Positions 36,145 through 40,529 of a stretch of DNA of 40,529 bases are shown piece by piece. Numbering within the stretch: position 1 is the stretch's first letter; each line of letters opens with the position of its first letter. The notes under the pieces are model-generated. The model was given only the letters and a program-made list of their open reading frames with translations. It was not told where the DNA came from and searched no databases. Source of the stretch: Hydrurus foetidus (lineage: Eukaryota); contig UYFQ01000783.1 in the NCBI GenBank assembly GCA_900617105.1, forward strand, positions 1 through 40,529, read 5' to 3'. The position numbers were made by a program, and so were the translations under genes.

Positions 36145-36315
36145 TACAATAACTGATTACACAAGCCTGCGTGTAACCGTATACTGTGCATACTGTATAC
36201 TGTTTGTAAGAATCGAGTTGCAACCGCATGCAATCAATCACTACCTCATGCAATAGTAATCACTATAGCTGTTTTATCAGCTTGTTCTAATTCTTCATCA
36301 GTTCACAACATCATC

Positions 36316-36566
36316 ATGAGCTCTCGACATTAAGAGTTTGAGGATTCAAAGGGCAATACTGCTCCCAGCACAATTACTGGCAAGAAAGTTCCGGAGTCGA
36401 ATTTTAACAAATTTTTAGTTATCACCGGCAATGATGTTCTGGAGAATATGACCAAGGAAAAGCTCTGTGATTCAAATTTGCTACGGAAGTATGCTACATA
36501 TTTGGTAGAGCACAAAGGACGATATGTCGCTGATGTGTAACTCTGCAAAGCAGTACATATCTGGTG
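36316..36566 (+). pseudogene. Degenerate fragment resembling the N-terminal core-binding domain of a tyrosine recombinase (Crypton-like)
   Basis: STITGKKV.ESNFNKFL...LCDSNLLRKYATYLVEH then, frameshifted, LMCNSAKQYISG. The helical pattern resembles YR core-binding domains. Early TAA stop and no catalytic domain. Confidence 0.35.
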
Positions 36567-36569
36567 CAT

Positions 36570-38147
36570 ATCTGGCTGCGATGGCACTGGATAGCACAAG
36601 TGAGATGTCAATGCGCTGCTGTGGGTCCCGTGCTGGCGTTGTCGCCAGTGATAATTCCAATGAGGGGGAGACTTGTGATAACAACCACGATCACAAATCG
36701 CTGTAGCACTGTCGGCATTTCCTCTGTGAAAGAATCGGTCGGAAAAGTCTAGAAGAGCAGTGGTCGAGATTTTTAATTTTATCTCGAGATGATTTTCCTT
36801 CAAGAGAATCTTTGTTTTCCAGTTCAATGTTGAAGAAAGTATTAATTCCGAAGTGAATTTCTTATCGTGCTGACGTTGAATGATGTCACGGATAGTTTGG
36901 TCAATGATGCGAACTCTCTAGCGCGGAAGTGAGTGGATATGAGGTATCCCGCAGATTACTCTTCGTCAGAGGAGAGACATTTGTCGCCAGGAAAGCGAAT
37001 TTCTGACGCAGAGGAAGCAATTTTGCGCCTTCTGAAAGTTCTCTACTTGAGTAGTAGTTGATGATGTGGATGACATCGAAACAAGCGTCAGGAAAGCTGA
37101 CATGAAAGTCGTTTCGGAACTTCGGATATTAGGAGTAATATTGATTGACTGTCGAAATTAGGGGTACTATAGATTCTGGCGAAACAACCACTTCGCCGGC
37201 GAGACATGCATTTTTTTCCCCTATAACCATGCTTATTCTTATTTTGTTAGAGAACTGGGGGAGTATAGTGTCCTTGTACGAGTGCAAGGAGTCCGACAGT
37301 ATTTAGTAGGGAGTGAATTTGCCAGGGACGGTAAAATTTGTCGGAGGAGTTAGGGTAGATTTGAGGATTGCTGAACATTTAAATTGCAGCAGCGGAAGTA
37401 TCTAACCACTTTGATCTCTTAAAAGTCGTCTATCATATTTACGTTTTTTCTATCTACCTTCCCATCATTATCGTTATTGCCTATGCTCCCCGACACAAGG
37501 TCAGCTTCATTCCTAGGGCTATCTACATTGTCGTTGTTAGATATTTTATTGGAGGTCTTTTTGGAAGATGACCGAGACGATTTGTCTGGCTACTTTCTTG
37601 ACTTGGGACTTGCGTCGTGTATTTCATTTTCACGTAGTTCTAATAGATTTTTCCGACATCTATCCGACTTAGAGGTTATTTCATTGTCCTCTTCGTCGGG
37701 AGAGCTATCGTCGTCATTATCTCGACGTGTAGAAAAGTCTTTGCGAGGGCTTTCCCTGTAACCTTCCTTGGCTAAAAATTTTTCTACACTATATACTGTC
37801 GTTGGATCAGCGATAGTTCTATTGCTACGTAAGAGGTTTGTGGCTCTAGTTCAATCTAAGGGGTTACGAGATGAGAAATGATCGCTATAGGGCTGATCCG
37901 TCCTTGCTGTGATGTCACCTGTCGCATAAACGGCAGGGACCTTCGCAGCATCATCTCTGCTGCCCATCAACCGAATAAGCGCCTTATCTAAAGCGTCGCG
38001 AATCGCTTGAGAATTCTCATTAACTTCGTTAGAAGCAATGATTGGCTCGATGGCTGGCTCGGCCACGATGGTCTCCGGCGGTGTCGGAGGGTTTTTATCG
38101 CTGATCTTGTTATCGCTCCCAGCTTGTGATCGAGTCTTCATTGACAT
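36570..38147 (-). pseudogene. Decayed long low-complexity ORF, probably the gag region of another retroelement
   Basis: MSMKTRSQ... frame reads on through sporadic TGA/TAG/TAA into S/D/K/R-rich sequence. No diagnostic motif found. Confidence 0.3.
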
Positions 38148-38569
38148 AAAGTCGATGGAAGTAAGAGTTGCGGCTGATCTTTAAAAACCTTGAGCAATCG
38201 CTATCATGTGAGTTGATAGCAGACGTATAAGCGTGGCGCCGTGGTCAAGAGCAAATTGCATTTGTGAGGACCCACGATGTAATATAGTTTAATTATATTA
38301 CAACGGAAAAATAGTTTAATTATGAGTTACAAACCCAGTCGGCGACACAAAAGGTAACGAATGGTGGCAAGCAATCTACTTGACAAACGTCTAGAAGTTA
38401 CTCTGACGTTGCAGTTCCCGAAATGTTAGATCGCAGGAGATAAATCTCTGCATCTGATAAATGAGGTAGTAGTTCATACACTTATACATACTGGAGGGAT
38501 GGTAGGTGATGAGTCTCGTACTAAATGTTACCCGGGTCTGCTAGGGCTATGTTTGAGGTACTATGTTAT

Positions 38570-38635
38570 AGTCTCCACTCTACATCACACACACATATGT
38601 ACAGTCTCCACTATACAACACACATACGTATGTAC
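38570..38635. repeat. Two-copy 33-bp imperfect tandem repeat in LTR-like sequence
   Basis: agtctccactctacatcacacacacatatgtac / agtctccactatacaacacacatacgtatgtac. Confidence 0.65.
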
Positions 38636-39100
38636 AATCACACATCGCACGTTACTTGAAGCCACCACTTTTTAGGTTTCTAGAACTTTGACAACTTCAA
38701 CTTGCAATGAACTTCACATCGATTATCTCATCCTCCTTTCACTTCTTTACCTCTTTACTTCAAGTAAAAAAATCGTTTTCTTACCAAAACACTTACCGAC
38801 TTCGGGCTCTTCGAGTCTGATCCCATTCTTCTCTGGCCCTTTTGCCGCCTCGTCAACTGATCAGCCCTTTTGCCGATCAATAGGACAGCATAAAACTAGT
38901 TTTCTCTTTCACTACAAAGTCGACAAGTCTGTCCTCTTTTCGTTGAAGCACCTTTTGAACGCCGACAAGCAGTGAAAGCCTCGGCACAGTGGTTGCTTTC
39001 AACTAAAAGGGTAAGCTCAAAGATCATCTCGGTTGATTATCTAGCTTTACAAGACAAGAACAACTCTACAAATTTCTCTCGTTTCTGTGACAACTTCTAG

Positions 39101-39393
39101 ATGTCTACAGACATTTCAAAGAATTTGCGCGGGAAAAAGACATCGCCTTCAGATCCTGTACCTCCAGGATCGAAAGAGGCCGATACTGAAGCAGCATCAC
39201 CTGATCCTAATGAAAAAATATTGGATCCTGTTGGCGAGCTGCGCCAAATGTTCGATCAGCTTATTCTTGCTACATCAGCCCAAAGCGATTGAATCCACAA
39301 TAAAGTCCTGGAAATCAAATCCATCCAAGCTCAACAACGCGACGAGGCGTCTGATCTCAAGACTTCACCAATCCAATTGTCGGCAGCATCCTC
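39101..39393 (+). pseudogene. Decayed ORF start (gag-like N-terminus), truncated by Gypsy copy 3
   Basis: MSTDISKNLRGKKTSP...ELRQMFDQL, continuing past one TGA (IHNKVLEIKSIQAQQ) up to the LTR TG at 39394. Confidence 0.3.
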
Positions 39394-39588
39394 TGTGGTA
39401 GTTCCGGGTCCAAGGTCCCAATCCTACCGGATAGTACTACGGTACACTACCCACCGTACACTACAGTCTGTTGTATCGTCGTAGCCACTTACTGCCTCCA
39501 CGTAGAAGTTAAATCTAACTTCTAGCACCTGCTGTAACTAACTACCTCTTCTAGTCTTCCGCCTCTTCCTTTCCCATCCAGAGCCACA
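39394..39588 (+). repeat. 5' LTR of Gypsy copy 3 (195 bp)
   Basis: Terminal inverted repeat TGTGG/CCACA, shared cgtagaagtt...cttctagc...taactaactac motif, and length similar to the other LTRs. Confidence 0.8.
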
Positions 39589-40163
39589 ATAGCGCTATTA
39601 CCGCTCATCCTTCTTCGCTTTTTTCTCTACCTATCTATTTGGCCAAATCTTTAGATAGACTTCAAACGGAGTAGATTCACTCCACGACTTCCGAGGAGTC
39701 GTTTTCTCGCTGAGCCCGAAGCTCCGAGAACTTAGTTTAAGTTTACAGGAGTTTGGAATAGCCGCTTCCTGCTTGAAACCCTCCGTTCGTTTCAAAAGTT
39801 CGTTTCTGGTCGAAGTCGCGAGAGGCTTCCCAACTCGAAACTAAGGAGTTCTCCACTAGCAATTTGGACACCGGTTCCACTGCTAGAGACATCAGATTAG
39901 TCTAAGGACGTCTTTTGGTCGACAGGAAGTCCTTCCTTCATCCTTAACAGGACGCAATTTTTTCCACCACCCAAAATTCGGCTTTCACGCCATAGAACTT
40001 TCCTCGAGAAGAGTGGGTTGGAATTCCTTTATTCGCTGTTACTTGCGTAAAGTACCCGATACGCGAACGAGGCGAAGCTCTCGCAAAATTTTTTTGACGA
40101 GGAAAGCTCATCCTCGTTTCGATACAACTCGATTTATATCGATTGCTCATCCTACGATAGGAG

Positions 40164-40529
40164 ATGGAAGACAACGATCTCCATCCTGAGCCTGAGCCAA
40201 ACGAGCCAGACAACGAGCATGAGGTTGATGAGGAAGGAAACATCCTTGACATCTCACAAAGCTCACAATCGTCAACCATGGGGTTTTCCCAGACGCTTCA
40301 GATCCATCGTGAGATATTCATCCTACGTGGGGATTATATTACTCCGCAGGATGCTGAAGAATTCTATGAGCAGGCACAACGCTTACCTCACTTGCTTATT
40401 AAGCAATGCATGCAACATCAAGCAATCGATTTACTTCATGTTAAATCTTATCTGACCAGTCGACACTGGCAATTATTACCAATGAGCAACGCCTTAGTGG
40501 CAAAACCTCCCCTTCCGATAGAAAGTGTT
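40164..40529 (+). CDS. Gag N-terminus of Gypsy copy 3 (partial, runs off the window; not in the ORF track)
   Basis: MEDNDLHPEPEP...TLQIHREIFILRGDYITPQDAEEFYEQAQRLPHLLIKQCMQHQAIDLL versus copy 1 TMQLQGEVFVLRHNFIDEADATEFYEQAQRYPLMKLTDCMQKQAIELL. Confidence 0.85.
   Translation, partial: MEDNDLHPEPEPNEPDNEHEVDEEGNILDISQSSQSSTMGFSQTLQIHREIFILRGDYITPQDAEEFYEQAQRLPHLLIKQCMQHQAIDLLHVKSYLTSRHWQLLPMSNALVAKPPLPIESV

Larger units (their letters stand above)
23097..36169 (+). mobile_element. hAT-superfamily DNA transposon, interrupted by nested LTR elements
   Basis: TIRs caggcttgtgtaat(t/c)agtta(a/t)tgta at 23097-23121 and 36145-36169. 8-bp TSD cgtggaac (23089-23096) / cgtgtaac (36170-36177). Split hAT transposase inside. 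Confidence 0.93.
39394..40529 (+). mobile_element. Gypsy chromovirus-type element, copy 3 (divergent relative; 5' part only)
   Basis: TGTGG...CCACA LTR sharing motifs with LTRs 1 and 2. The 5'UTR at ~39973-40098 aligns with window 5-128. Gag is homologous to copy 1. Confidence 0.88.

Noticed and set aside
36316..39292. Alternative genetic code (stop reassignment) to explain the in-frame stops
   Set aside because: TAA terminates both Gypsy pol genes at the same homologous position, the long intact ORFs contain no in-frame stops, and all three stop types appear in the relics.

Overview
Eukaryotic, transposon-dense window. The host is probably a stramenopile protist; this is inferred only from a CoDi-type Copia and the Cys-rich/PT-repeat protein style. 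Left to right: (1) a chromodomain-bearing Ty3/Gypsy element (1-6196) whose six frameshifts all sit in homopolymers, so it is probably one intact ~1800-aa gag-pol ORF; (2) one host gene (8043-~20813) with a spliced signal peptide, encoding a ~4200-aa secreted Cys-rich/Pro-Thr protein built largely from a nearly invariant 618-bp A/B higher-order repeat; (3) a hairpin-rich TTTCGTACC element, possibly Crypton-like; (4) a three-level nest: hAT transposon (23097-36169, TIRs and 8-bp TSD) > decayed Gypsy relative (24263-~34223) > CoDi-like Copia (28281-33564, 190-bp LTRs, 5-bp TSD); (5) decayed ORF relics; (6) the 5' end of a third, divergent Gypsy (39394-end). The most notable signals are an in-frame UGA followed by a long stem-loop between Copia gag and pol (candidate readthrough signal), TA...CA LTR termini on a recently inserted but internally dead Copia, conserved RNA structures in the Gypsy family (including a 3'UTR stem that could pair with the PPT), and an atypical DTA protease motif. 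No rRNA, tRNA or CRISPR was seen. All alignments were done by eye.
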